From Bdellovibrionales bacterium (GTDB lineage Bacteria; Bdellovibrionota; Bdellovibrionia; Bdellovibrionales; UBA1609): a DNA stretch of 64,000 nucleotides. The position numbers and the translations under genes were made by a program. How positions within the stretch are numbered: the first letter of the stretch is position 1; each line of letters opens with the position of its first letter. The notes beneath the pieces are model-generated. The model ran no database searches. It was not told the origin of the DNA and was given only the letters and a program-made list of their open reading frames with translations. The stretch is taken from NCBI GenBank assembly GCA_965205945.1, contig CBDBIB010000002.1:224001-288000 (forward strand), given 5' to 3'. This document shows, in pieces, positions 50,104-60,046 of this stretch.

Positions 50104-51429
50104 ATGTTTGAAAATCTTTCAGATAAGGTTTTAGGGGCCATAGCAAAGCTTAGAACAACAAAAATTACACAAGCGCATTTAGATGTTGTTTTAAAAGAAA
50201 TTAGAATGGCTTTATTAGAAGCTGATGTGAATTTTATCGTTGTTAAAAAGTTTATGGAACGAGTTAAAGAAAAAGCCTTAGGTCAAGTGGTTTTAAAGTC
50301 AGTAACCCCTGACCAACAGTTTACAAAAATTGTTAATGATGAGCTTATAAGAGTATTAGGTGGCGAAACGTTTTATATAGATCTTAAGAAAACACCCTCT
50401 AGAATAATGCTTGTAGGACTTCAAGGTGTGGGAAAAACCACTACGGCTGGAAAGCTTTCTTTATTTATTAGGAAAAAATTTAAAAAAAAAGTTGGACTTA
50501 TCCCTCTAGATCTTCAAAGACCAGCAGCTGTTAAACAGTTAAAAATTTTGGCAAAACAAACGGATACACCATTTTATGATGCTAATATGTCACTTTCAGT
50601 AGTTCAAAATTATAAATGTGCTCAAAAGTGGGCTGAACAAAATAATATTCAAGTTTTAATATTAGATACAGCCGGAAGGCTTCAAGTTGATGAGGTGTTA
50701 ATGGGAGAGCTTAAAGAGCTTAAGCATTTATGCAACCCTTCTGAAGTTTTATTAGTGTCAGATGCAATGTTAGGTCAACAGTCAGTAAATGTTGCTCAAG
50801 GCTTTCATAAAGCTTTAGGGCTTACAGGGCTTGTTCTTACAAAATTTGATGGCGATGCTAGAGGCGGTGGAGCACTTAGTATTAGAGAGGCTACAGGGGT
50901 TGGTATAAAACTAATTGGAACAGGTGAGAAACTATCTGCTTTAGAAATTTTTCATCCAGATAGGCTGGCAGGAAGGATTTTAGATAAGGGTGATATTGTT
51001 TCCTTAGTTGAGAAAGCTCAAGAAGTAGTAGATGAGAAAGAAGCTATGGAATCGGCTAAAAAAATGTCTAAGGGTCGGTTTACTGTTGAAGATTTCTTAA
51101 AGCAGCTTCATATGATGAGAAAAATGGGTGGGCTAACCTCTATTATGGGCATGCTTCCAGGGGCAGGTCAGATAATGAAACAGGTAAAAGGGATGAATTC
51201 TCCTGAAAATGAAATAAAGAAAATTGAGGCTATTATTAATTCAATGACTAGGAATGAAAGAAAAAATCATAAGGTTCTTAATGGTTCAAGACGCCTTAGG
51301 ATTGCTAAAGGTTCAGGCACAAAGGTTCAGGATATAAATAAATTTGTAAAGCAATTTGAACAAAGTCAAAAAATGATGACTCAAATGATGAAAAAAGGTG
51401 GAAATTCTATGAAAAAAATGCCTTTTTAA
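50104..51429 (+). CDS. ffh: Signal recognition particle protein
   Basis: ALLEADV, GLQGVGKTT, DTAGR, TKFDGDARGG, Met-rich M domain, SRRLRIAKGSG. Confidence 0.98.
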   Translation: MFENLSDKVLGAIAKLRTTKITQAHLDVVLKEIRMALLEADVNFIVVKKFMERVKEKALGQVVLKSVTPDQQFTKIVNDELIRVLGGETFYIDLKKTPSRIMLVGLQGVGKTTTAGKLSLFIRKKFKKKVGLIPLDLQRPAAVKQLKILAKQTDTPFYDANMSLSVVQNYKCAQKWAEQNNIQVLILDTAGRLQVDEVLMGELKELKHLCNPSEVLLVSDAMLGQQSVNVAQGFHKALGLTGLVLTKFDGDARGGGALSIREATGVGIKLIGTGEKLSALEIFHPDRLAGRILDKGDIVSLVEKAQEVVDEKEAMESAKKMSKGRFTVEDFLKQLHMMRKMGGLTSIMGMLPGAGQIMKQVKGMNSPENEIKKIEAIINSMTRNERKNHKVLNGSRRLRIAKGSGTKVQDINKFVKQFEQSQKMMTQMMKKGGNSMKKMPF

Positions 51430-51529
51430 TAATAAAGGTTTTAAATTTAAAGAGAATTGTGCTTGTTTAGACTTGATCTTATAAGAGGAGTTTAGTATGA
51501 CTTTTGCTTTAGGTAGGAGACTATTGTAA

Positions 51530-51778
51530 ATGGTTGTTATAAGATTGTCCCGTAAGGGCTCAAAACATGATCCTAAATATAGAGTTATGGTAGCGGATTC
51601 AAGAAGGCCTAGAGATGGCAAGTTTATTGAAATAGTGGGGAATTATAATCCTTTAGCAAGAGGAAGTGAGAGAAAAATTAACCTTAAATTAGATCGTATT
51701 CAAGATTGGATTAGTAAAGGTGCACAACCTTCTAACACTGTTAAATCTCTTATAAAGAATGCTGAGCCGTCGGCGTAA
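51530..51778 (+). CDS. rpsP: 30S ribosomal protein S16
   Basis: [27 protein letters not shown]. Confidence 0.98.
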   Translation: MVVIRLSRKGSKHDPKYRVMVADSRRPRDGKFIEIVGNYNPLARGSERKINLKLDRIQDWISKGAQPSNTVKSLIKNAEPSA

Positions 51779-51835
51779 AGTGCTCGAGCTTTTTTAAAAT
51801 GAAACAAAATTTTTAACGAAAAGGGGCAGGCTTAA

Positions 51836-52078
51836 ATGGCAGAAAATTTAAAAGAATTAGTCGAATTTATGGCTAAATCGCTAGTTGATGATCCTGATAG
51901 TGTTGAAGTTAAAGAAGTTCCTGGTGAACAAACTACAGTGTATGAATTAAAAGTAGCTAAAGAAGACTTGGGAAAAGTAATTGGTAAACAAGGGCGTACG
52001 GCTCATTCAATGAGAACAATTCTAACGGCTGCTAGCACTAAAATACAAAGGCGTACAGCTTTAGAGATTATTGAGTAA
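51836..52078 (+). CDS. khpA: KH-domain RNA-binding protein
   Basis: [13 protein letters not shown]; position between rpsP and rimM. Confidence 0.93.
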   Translation: MAENLKELVEFMAKSLVDDPDSVEVKEVPGEQTTVYELKVAKEDLGKVIGKQGRTAHSMRTILTAASTKIQRRTALEIIE

Positions 52079-52106
52079 AACCTATTAAATTATTTTTAGA
52101 CAATTT

Positions 52107-52138
52107 AAAAGTCAGAGTTAAGCTCTGGCTTTTTTTTT
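52107..52138 (+). terminator. Intrinsic terminator after khpA
   Basis: AGTCAGAG-TTAAG-CTCTGGCT followed by a long T run. Confidence 0.75.
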
Positions 52139-52155
52139 AATTTGGAGAAAGTATT

Positions 52156-52683
52156 TTGGAAAATAAACTTATAAAAATTGGATTTATTTTAAAAGCACAT
52201 GGAATTAAAGGAGAGGTTTTTTTAAAAATTTTTGATAAAGACGACTCCTACATCACAGAAGAAACTAAGTTGATTCTAAATGGTGAGGCTTATAATATTA
52301 AAAACCTTAGAAAGGTTAATGGGGGAATAATCGTTAAACTTTTAGGGGTTGACACTAGAAATGATTCAGAACTTTTAAAAGGACTTCAGGTCTTTGTAGA
52401 AGAGGATGTTTTTAAAAACTTTTTAAAAGAAGGAGAAGTGTATTTAAATCAACTAAAAGGGTTTAAAGTTTTCTTAAAAAAAGATTTAAAAGGTCTTGTT
52501 TCAGGATTTTCACAAACAGCAGCCCACGATCTTTTAGTTGTGGAGTTAATTTCTGGAGGGTTTGTTGAGATTCCATATGTTGATAGTTTTATAATTAAAA
52601 TCAATAAGTTAGAGGAAATTATTAAAGTTGATTGTCCTAAAGAGCTTTTTGATCAAGATTTTTTAAATGGAGTAAAAAAATGA
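52156..52683 (+). CDS. rimM: 16S rRNA processing protein RimM
   Basis: IG.I.KAHGIKGEV, R..SE.LKG, HDLLVV, IPYV; operon position. Confidence 0.92.
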   Translation: MENKLIKIGFILKAHGIKGEVFLKIFDKDDSYITEETKLILNGEAYNIKNLRKVNGGIIVKLLGVDTRNDSELLKGLQVFVEEDVFKNFLKEGEVYLNQLKGFKVFLKKDLKGLVSGFSQTAAHDLLVVELISGGFVEIPYVDSFIIKINKLEEIIKVDCPKELFDQDFLNGVKK

Positions 52684-53417
52684 AAATAGGGGTGATCACC
52701 TTATTTCCAGAGGCTATTAAACCTTTAAAATCTAAACTGTCTTTTGGTCTAGTAGGCAAAGCCTTTGAAGATGGAAAGACTCAACTTTTTATAGAGGACT
52801 TAAGAGAGTCTGGAGAAGGTAGACATAAAGTTGTTGATGACAGCCCTTATGGCGGTGGAGATGGAATGGTGTTAAAGCCGGAGCCTATTAAAAAGGCTTT
52901 AAAGAACCTTTTATTGAAAATGAATCTTAAAAGATCTCAGGTTGAAACCATTTATACATGTCCTTCAGGGGAACTTTGGACTCAAAAAAAAGCTGAACTC
53001 ATTATAAGAAAAAAACATAAAGGCTTAATAATACTTTGCGGTAGGTATGCAGGAGCAGATTTTCGTGTGATTAAAGAGTTTTTTGATAAAAGTGTTTGTT
53101 TAGGACCTTTTATTTTAAATGGTGGAGAACTACCAGCTTTGTGTATTATTGAAACCTTAGTAAGAATAATTCCTGATGTTTTAGGAAACATAGAGTCTAT
53201 TAAAATGGACTCTTTTTCAAAAGAGTTTTTGGCTGTGGAGGCTGAGTCTTATACAAAACCTCAGGTGTGGGAGGGGCTTAGTGTTCCAAAAATTTTATTC
53301 TCAGGGGACCATAAAAAAATAAAGGCCTATAGAGTAAAGAGATCAACAAAAAGAACCTTTAAATGGCTTAAAAATGCCTGTGAATCCATTAAAGAGTGTT
53401 TAAAAAAAATCGAATAA
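52680..53417 (+). CDS. trmD: tRNA (guanine-N1)-methyltransferase
   Basis: ITLFPE, VDDSPYGGGDGMVL, LCGRY, ILNGGELPA, SGDH. Confidence 0.96.
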   Translation: MKIGVITLFPEAIKPLKSKLSFGLVGKAFEDGKTQLFIEDLRESGEGRHKVVDDSPYGGGDGMVLKPEPIKKALKNLLLKMNLKRSQVETIYTCPSGELWTQKKAELIIRKKHKGLIILCGRYAGADFRVIKEFFDKSVCLGPFILNGGELPALCIIETLVRIIPDVLGNIESIKMDSFSKEFLAVEAESYTKPQVWEGLSVPKILFSGDHKKIKAYRVKRSTKRTFKWLKNACESIKECLKKIE

Positions 53418-53494
53418 CCCTCTTTTCTTGACCATTATTTTATTAAATGATATTAACTACTCTTTTTAAAAAAGATAGGAATAAGGATTTAGAC

Positions 53495-53857
53495 ATGAAT
53501 TTTGTAGAAAAAGTTGCAAATATATTTAATAAAAAAAAAGACTTACTTAAATTTAATACTGGCGATACAATTACTGTTTACGTTAAAATTAAAGAGGGTG
53601 AGAAAGAAAGAATTCAGCTTTTTAAAGGTAACGTGATTAAAATTCAAGGTTCAGGAATTGGGAGAACATTTACTGTTAGAAAAATGTCGGGTCAATTTGG
53701 TGTGGAAAGAACTTGGCCATTAGCAAGTCCTGCTATTGATAAAATTGAGCTTTTAGCAAAAGGCAGGGTTAAACGCTCTAAGATTTTTTATTTACGTGAT
53801 TTAAAAGGAAGAGCTGCAAGAATTAAATCAGAACTTGTCGCAAGTAAAAAAAACTAA
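53495..53857 (+). CDS. rplS: 50S ribosomal protein L19 (start 53495 preferred over 53447)
   Basis: [36 protein letters not shown]. Confidence 0.97.
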   Translation: MNFVEKVANIFNKKKDLLKFNTGDTITVYVKIKEGEKERIQLFKGNVIKIQGSGIGRTFTVRKMSGQFGVERTWPLASPAIDKIELLAKGRVKRSKIFYLRDLKGRAARIKSELVASKKN

Positions 53858-53867
53858 GTAGTTCATT

Positions 53868-54458
53868 TTGAGTCTAACTGTGGGTATTGATGAAGTTGGA
53901 CGAGGTTGTTTGTTTGGCCCTGTTGTTGCCTCTGCAGTAGCGTTTAATCCTAAAAATCTTATTCCCCATGGATTAACAGACTCTAAGAAACTAAGCGAAA
54001 AAAAAAGAAAAGAATTTAGCAAAATAATAAAGAAGAATCATTATTATGGAATTGGTCATTGTTCTTCTAAAGAAATAGATGAATTAAATATTCTTCAAGC
54101 CTCGCTTTTGGCTATGAAAAGAGCATATAAAAAACTCATATTACAAACAAAAGATGAAAACATAAAAGATGTTAGGATTGATGGTATTTGGAAAATACCG
54201 GGTTTAAATCCAAAGCTTAAACAGATCACGATAATTAAAGGTGATTTAAATAATGTTACCATAGGTGCGGCTTCAATTATTGCTAAAGTATATAGGGATG
54301 AACTTATGAAAAAAATGCAGTTGCTTTATCCTGGCTATGGGCTTTTAAAACATAAAGGTTATCCAACAAAATTACACAAAAAAGCTATTCTAGATCTAGG
54401 AGTGACTGATCAACATAGAAGAACCTTTAAAGGTGTTAAAGAGGCAATACTTTTATGA
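53868..54458 (+). CDS. rnhB: Ribonuclease HII
   Basis: GIDEVGRG...GPVV, DSKKL, AASIIAKVYRD, HKGYPT, HRRTF. Confidence 0.97.
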   Translation: MSLTVGIDEVGRGCLFGPVVASAVAFNPKNLIPHGLTDSKKLSEKKRKEFSKIIKKNHYYGIGHCSSKEIDELNILQASLLAMKRAYKKLILQTKDENIKDVRIDGIWKIPGLNPKLKQITIIKGDLNNVTIGAASIIAKVYRDELMKKMQLLYPGYGLLKHKGYPTKLHKKAILDLGVTDQHRRTFKGVKEAILL

Positions 54459-54500
54459 AGAATAAGTTTGCCTCTCCTTTTTTTTTAATGATTTTTTTAA

Positions 54501-56870
54501 TTATATTTTATGTAAGGGTTTTTGGATTTGAGGTTTGGGTCCGTAATTAAACTGAAAACTAAAATCTCTACGTATTGTATCATCATTATCCAGTTTCCAA
54601 AGGCGTGCGCCAATCCCCCAACAGTTGCCAATTGGAGTATAGAAAAAATTGGCTCCCCAACCCTGTTTCCTATCTCCAATTAATGAAAACCTTGTCCATG
54701 CTGAAAACTGTAGCGTAGGAAGTTCCCAGCCAAGTGAGATTGTAGCTGCTTTAGTTTTGTTTTTTGTTAAAAAACCTGCATTATCAACAGCAATAAAATA
54801 AGAATAATCTAGTCCAATATATCTGCCAGGTTTGTAAATAAATTTATTAGTAGTAAAAAGCTTACTTTTTTTTGCTTTATGAAAATAAGATGCTTGAGTA
54901 AAATTAATAAAGTGCTTAGTTCTAAATTTAAGAAGACCATTAAGATTACTCCATGGGTCAGGAGAGGAGGACTCTTGTTGGTTTTTAAAATCGTAGGATT
55001 GTCTTAAACTAAAGAAGAAAGGCTGATCGTAATAGGTTGCCATTTCTTGTTTATGTTTTTTAATAAATATATTTGTTAAACTAAATTCAATAACATTAGC
55101 TCTAAAAAAACGATCCCAATAATCAAATTGTATTGCATGATCAAAGGCATAAAAATCCTCATCGGTAATAGGCTGGTACTGCCTATGATAAGGAAGTTCA
55201 ACTTTTTTATTGTTACTTTTATTTATATCGTGATTAAAAAAAATATTTTTACTCTGATTAATAAAAGATCCATAGCGAAAAGTAATTTCAGGTATTATCT
55301 TGTGTTTAATCTGATTAAAAACGATTTTTGAAAACTCTGTACGTATAGAATTTGAAAACTCTATATATCTTAAAAAAGCAAACTGAGAGTATGGGTTTAA
55401 AGCATTATTGTTAAGGGTGGAGCTTTTAGTGGTGTTAAAATGGTAATAAGAATCTTTATATGAAAGGGTAGGAAGGACATCAAAATAATCTTTAATTTTA
55501 AAAGGAGCTGAGAGCTCAGTATTTAAACGCAACCTATGTCCTGTTCTTATAAGATCTTTGCTTGTATCAAATTGACCTGTGTTTGTAAGAGTGTTGATAT
55601 ACTTTTTAATGTTATTTGGATCACTTGAATCAATAGTGATCTCATCAAAACTTTGCAAGTTTCTTTGAAAATTAGTATACACAATATCAGTTTTAAAAAG
55701 AAAAGTATTTTTTAAAAAAGGAGTTTGGATTAAAGAATATTTTAATTCAGGAAGTTTATGGATAGAAAAATTATCACTTTCATTAGGGTCATCAACTAAG
55801 AGATTTATATAATAAGTGGCTTGAGCAGACATAAACTCATTGTTTTTAGTTTTGCTAATAGAAAAAGTATTTTTTAAAGCAGCCTCCCCACGTCCACTAA
55901 CTTCTGAGTTAAAGTCATTTAAATAGCTGCGCTCCTTTACTAAGGTAAATTCAGATTTTTGTATAAACCCTCTTGGTAGGATAAAAAAGTTATTATAAGT
56001 AAAAAACCACCGAGAGCTAGGATCTAAAATATTATTTTTGTTTAAGTATGCGTCATCATACATTAAAGCAGTTTTTAAATATAACCAGCTTTTACTACTA
56101 AGCCACTGGTTGTATTCGGCTAAAACTTTTGCCCCTGTAGTGATAAAATTTTTACTTTTTAAATATATCATAGGAGTTAGAGTTAAATCTCTATGAGGAT
56201 CAATGTTCCAAAAAAAAGGTTGTGATAATTCACTCCCACTGTTTTCAGAAGTGTTGCCTAGTCTTGGAGGGAGAAGGCCTGTTTTTCTTCTTGTGTTAAG
56301 AGGGAGAATAAGGTGGGGAAGGGGAAAGAGTATTTGATTTAAAACCTGGAATCTTCCGTTTTCAATATCAACATACTCATTAATATTGGTTTTTATTTTT
56401 TTCCCTTTAATTGTCCAGCTTGCTGGACAGGTTATACATGTTGTAAACTTAGCTTCATGGGCTTCATAAGTATTATTGGATGTTTTTTTTAAAATCTTAG
56501 CTTCTAATAAAAATTGACCTGATGAGAGTCTAACATCAAAAAGGGTGCCTTTTTGAATTTTATAATTTAACTTGGCTTTTTTAGCTTCAACGTAGGAGTT
56601 TTTTCCTTGTATTCGAACATTGCCCCACGCTTGTAAGAAGTTGTCTTTTTGAGAAATAAAAGTATTAGAAGCACTGAGTTCATATTCATCAAAAAAGATT
56701 TTAACATTTCCTGTTAGTGTTACTGTGTTTGTTATTAAATTAGCGTTGATTATATCAGCACTATAATAAATAAGACCTTTTTCTGCCTCAAAAACGCCCG
56801 GGTTATTCTGAGTAAAACCTAGCCCAGGATAAAGAAGTAAAACACAGAAAGTTTTAAAAAGATTTAACAT
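54501..56870 (-). CDS. lptD: LPS-assembly outer membrane protein LptD
   Basis: OstA-like N-domain (LTGNV), FTTC...W, RKTGLL.P, PFFWNI, KLPEL, NCWG; beta-barrel C-terminus. Confidence 0.88.
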   Translation of the reverse strand: MLNLFKTFCVLLLYPGLGFTQNNPGVFEAEKGLIYYSADIINANLITNTVTLTGNVKIFFDEYELSASNTFISQKDNFLQAWGNVRIQGKNSYVEAKKAKLNYKIQKGTLFDVRLSSGQFLLEAKILKKTSNNTYEAHEAKFTTCITCPASWTIKGKKIKTNINEYVDIENGRFQVLNQILFPLPHLILPLNTRRKTGLLPPRLGNTSENSGSELSQPFFWNIDPHRDLTLTPMIYLKSKNFITTGAKVLAEYNQWLSSKSWLYLKTALMYDDAYLNKNNILDPSSRWFFTYNNFFILPRGFIQKSEFTLVKERSYLNDFNSEVSGRGEAALKNTFSISKTKNNEFMSAQATYYINLLVDDPNESDNFSIHKLPELKYSLIQTPFLKNTFLFKTDIVYTNFQRNLQSFDEITIDSSDPNNIKKYINTLTNTGQFDTSKDLIRTGHRLRLNTELSAPFKIKDYFDVLPTLSYKDSYYHFNTTKSSTLNNNALNPYSQFAFLRYIEFSNSIRTEFSKIVFNQIKHKIIPEITFRYGSFINQSKNIFFNHDINKSNNKKVELPYHRQYQPITDEDFYAFDHAIQFDYWDRFFRANVIEFSLTNIFIKKHKQEMATYYDQPFFFSLRQSYDFKNQQESSSPDPWSNLNGLLKFRTKHFINFTQASYFHKAKKSKLFTTNKFIYKPGRYIGLDYSYFIAVDNAGFLTKNKTKAATISLGWELPTLQFSAWTRFSLIGDRKQGWGANFFYTPIGNCWGIGARLWKLDNDDTIRRDFSFQFNYGPKPQIQKPLHKI

Positions 56871-57046
56871 AATCTAACTGCCTCTTTTAAAACGTGGTTA
56901 AGAATAAAATAGGGACAGATTACCTGTCTTTAGTCTAAGTTTCAAATTTGTTTCATAAAGGAGAGCTTATTTTTAACTTATATCTGGTCTTTTGAGCCAT
57001 TGTTCTAAAAGTCTATGAGGATTATGCTTAAAAACAGGGAGTGTAT

Positions 57047-57454
57047 ATGGTTGCAAAATTAAGTTGGTATGGTGATATAATGATTGTTGGACTTCAGGGT
57101 CAGTTAAATTTTGAATCTGCTAATCAGTTTAAGAAAAAATCACAAAGGCATTTTGCTCAAAATAAAGTTATCTTTTCTTTAAAAAATCTTAATTTTGTTG
57201 GATCTACAGGAGTTCAAGATTTTGTAAGAGCTTTGGCTGAACTTTCAGAAAAAAACCCTTATGGATTAGGTATTGCTGAAGCCAGAACTGAATATGAACG
57301 GTTACTTGAGCCTTATCAGGGGCATTCTTTAGTTATTTTTAAAAGTTTAGATTTAGCAAAAAGATTTTTTAGCCTTGGTCATTTAGAATTTCAAGACTCT
57401 GAGGAAGAAGAAAAATCTGCAGATCAAGATTTTATTGATCTTGAAGTAAGCTAA
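57047..57454 (+). CDS. STAS-domain (anti-sigma-factor antagonist-like) protein
   Basis: L.GQL...SA..F, VIF.L.NLNFVGSTG. Confidence 0.78.
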   Translation: MVAKLSWYGDIMIVGLQGQLNFESANQFKKKSQRHFAQNKVIFSLKNLNFVGSTGVQDFVRALAELSEKNPYGLGIAEARTEYERLLEPYQGHSLVIFKSLDLAKRFFSLGHLEFQDSEEEEKSADQDFIDLEVS

Positions 57455-57484
57455 GTAAGGTATTAGTTTTTTTTTAAAAAAAAA

Positions 57485-58735
57485 TTATAAATTGTAATCA
57501 AATTCACTTAAAGGTTGAATGGCTTTTTTAAAAGCTCTTTGCATGGCTTGTGTTGCCTTAAGAGAGCTTTCATCTTGTTTTGATTTAATGTCTTCTAGTT
57601 GTGAGAAAAAGAAATTTAAACGCTGTTTAGTGTTTTTATGCATTTGATCTACAAGGTTTAATTTTTTTTCTAGCTCTTGTGTTTGACTTTTTAAACTGTC
57701 ATTAAGCATTGTGATATGAGAAAACTCATTAGACTTTTCTTGCCATAGGGCTCTAAGGCTTGTGACCTCATCTGATTGAGAATTAGCATTGGTTTTATAA
57801 GTGCGGAATTCAGATTGGGTATTTGCCCATTGTTTTTTAAGACTATGATTTTCCATTTTAAGACGATCATTGTCCTTTTTTATTTTAGAAAACTGTAGAA
57901 GAAGATCTTCTTTTTCTTCTCTAAATTGGTAGATATTAAGCTCTTTTTCTTTTTTAATCTCTTCAATGCGATTTAACAGTTCTGTTTTTTCTATTTGCTC
58001 TTTTCGTAGAGTTTTATTCCTGTCATTAAGAACTAGATTTTCACTTTGAATATCGTCAAGCTTTGCTTTTAAATCAGCTTCTGATCTTGTAGCTTGAAGT
58101 GATTTTTGTTTAATTTCTTCTTTAAACTCTTTACTAATGCTTTGAATATGATTTGAGGCTTCGCCTAGTTTTTTTAATAATGAAGTTTTATCGTTTTCAA
58201 GGTTTTGGATTAAAGTATTTTTTTCAAAAACACTTTCTTTAAGTAGATTTTTTTCCGGTAAGTACTCGGTTTCTACTAAGTTCTTAAGTTTTTTATATTC
58301 TTTAAGAATAGGCTTTAAAGATTCAAGCTCAGTGTTTAGTGCTGTTTGCTCTTCTTCAAAAGTTTTTCTTTCTTGGGTAAGGTAGGCTTGAGAAGTTTGG
58401 ATTTTTTGTTTTAAAATACTACTTTCATTTTGTAAGAACTTTTCTTTTTCTCTATGAAGACAGATCTGGTCTTTTGCAGCTTGAAATTTTGCTTCATACT
58501 GCATATGAATTTCTTTAAATTTTACTAAAGTTTTTTCTAACTCAATATTTCTACTAATGGTGATATTTAGCCTTGAGGCAAGATCTTGATTATGAGCTAT
58601 TAGGCTTGAAACACTTGAATTTGAATTTATGTCTAGGTTGGGTGTTTCTTTAGCTTTTTTAGTAGATTCAAAGGTTCCCGGAGGAAAGTTTTTTGTAGTA
58701 TTCATGAGCAGTTCTCCCACCTTTAAGTCTGGCAA
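57485..58735 (-). CDS. Long coiled-coil hypothetical protein (start may be ATG at 58705)
   Basis: Heptad-rich K/E/Q/L sequence over about 350 aa. Confidence 0.7.
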   Translation of the reverse strand: MPDLKVGELLMNTTKNFPPGTFESTKKAKETPNLDINSNSSVSSLIAHNQDLASRLNITISRNIELEKTLVKFKEIHMQYEAKFQAAKDQICLHREKEKFLQNESSILKQKIQTSQAYLTQERKTFEEEQTALNTELESLKPILKEYKKLKNLVETEYLPEKNLLKESVFEKNTLIQNLENDKTSLLKKLGEASNHIQSISKEFKEEIKQKSLQATRSEADLKAKLDDIQSENLVLNDRNKTLRKEQIEKTELLNRIEEIKKEKELNIYQFREEKEDLLLQFSKIKKDNDRLKMENHSLKKQWANTQSEFRTYKTNANSQSDEVTSLRALWQEKSNEFSHITMLNDSLKSQTQELEKKLNLVDQMHKNTKQRLNFFFSQLEDIKSKQDESSLKATQAMQRAFKKAIQPLSEFDYNL

Positions 58736-58813
58736 GTAAGGGGTGGAATTGTCAAACTCATACTTTAAAATATAAGCCTACTTTGATTTAGTTAAGGATT
58801 AAATAAAATAGAG

Positions 58814-60019
58814 TTAATTTAGCTCTTCATAGGCAGCTTTTAAGACAAGGTAATCTGCACCTCCATTAAGCTTTTTAGAGTTTATATAAATAGTAGGGGT
58901 GCCGCTTACACCAGCTGTTTTTCCAAGTTTTGCAGATTCAATTAATGCCTGGTTTGTGCTGTCTTTAGACAGGCAGTTTTTCCAAGCATGAAGATCAACT
59001 TGTTGTGTGCTGTTTACCTGTTTTAAAAAGCTTTGCATTTGTAAGATTAACCCCTCATTGTTTTCACCACCTGCGGCTAAATTCCGATAGTAGCTTTGAT
59101 TTTTAAAAATATCATAGTGGAGAGAAAGGCCAAATCCTTGTTTTTGAGCACAGTAAACTCCCGCTGCAAGAGTACAAGAAAACCCAGGGCCTTTAACTTT
59201 AGGTTCAAAGTTTTTATTGCAGTTCGGGTCTAAGGGATAAGCATAAAAAGAAAACTCAATATTAGTGTGAGTGGCTAAGAATTTCTCTAAAATAGCTGCT
59301 GCTGTTGAGCAATGAGAGCATAAAAAGTCTGCAAATTCAGCAATTTTAACCTTTCCTCCTTGGTTTAAGACAAAAAGAGGAGCGGCCCCTTTTAGGGTTA
59401 TAGGAGGTTTGTTTTTCCAGTTTTTAATAGAAGCTTTAATCTCTTTTTCTTGGGCCGCAGGGCTATAATCATTTTTTATAATTTTATGGCTTAAAATAGA
59501 AAAGGCTGGAATAGATAAAAGCAAGAATAAAAAAGTATTTGATTTTAAAATCCTTAGAATTTGAGAAAAGCTAGGTTTATATTTAAACATATATAAAAAC
59601 CCTGCAAAAATAACCGCCGATAAAAAATATAAGAAAATACAAAAAAGACAATAAACACTCATAGCAAAAACAGTTATAAGCCCCATTCCTATTGAAGCTA
59701 AAAGGTTAATGAAAGATAAAGATCCGAAAAAAAACTCCCACGTCTTATCTTTGCTGTCTGACGTTATTAAAATACCAAACAAGCTTATAAGCATCACAAA
59801 GTTTAACATAAAGCCTAAGAGTGCATTAGGAATATTCCCAAAAAGACTAGAGTACTTACTTGCTGCGACAGCCTCACAGTTAAAAGTAGCGTTAATAGAA
59901 CAAATACTGTTTCCAGAAGCTGTGCCATACTCAACAGCATAAAACTCAGAAGTAAGGTAGATATAGAGAATTAAAGATAGGATAATGAGTGTAGCTAGTA
60001 TATATATTTTTTTTGTCAT
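58814..60019 (-). CDS. Vitamin K epoxide reductase (VKOR)-DsbA/thioredoxin fusion
   Basis: CSINATFNC..V..S.Y, CLFC in TM domain; EFADFLCSHC, YPLD..CN, GVSGTPT. Confidence 0.92.
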   Translation of the reverse strand: MTKKIYILATLIILSLILYIYLTSEFYAVEYGTASGNSICSINATFNCEAVAASKYSSLFGNIPNALLGFMLNFVMLISLFGILITSDSKDKTWEFFFGSLSFINLLASIGMGLITVFAMSVYCLFCIFLYFLSAVIFAGFLYMFKYKPSFSQILRILKSNTFLFLLLSIPAFSILSHKIIKNDYSPAAQEKEIKASIKNWKNKPPITLKGAAPLFVLNQGGKVKIAEFADFLCSHCSTAAAILEKFLATHTNIEFSFYAYPLDPNCNKNFEPKVKGPGFSCTLAAGVYCAQKQGFGLSLHYDIFKNQSYYRNLAAGGENNEGLILQMQSFLKQVNSTQQVDLHAWKNCLSKDSTNQALIESAKLGKTAGVSGTPTIYINSKKLNGGADYLVLKAAYEELN

Positions 60020-60046
60020 GGATAAAGGTTAAATTTAATTGAATAA

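Noticed and set aside
54455..54550. Short ORF overlapping the rnhB stop, where yraN often lies
   Set aside because: 31 hydrophobic codons, no YraN motifs, overlaps the lptD 3' end
56862..56889. ATTTAACATAA, a perfect XerD arm of a dif site (xerD is in the window)
   Set aside because: No XerC arm after a 6-bp spacer (TGCCTCTTTTA); it coincides with the lptD start ATG TTA AAT
54..59942. Short antisense or nested ORFs in the track (e.g. 54-254, 2710-2973, 9061-9354, 27798-28121, 41579-41965, 51313-51621, 59709-59942)
   Set aside because: Shadows of well-supported genes; no motifs or RBS
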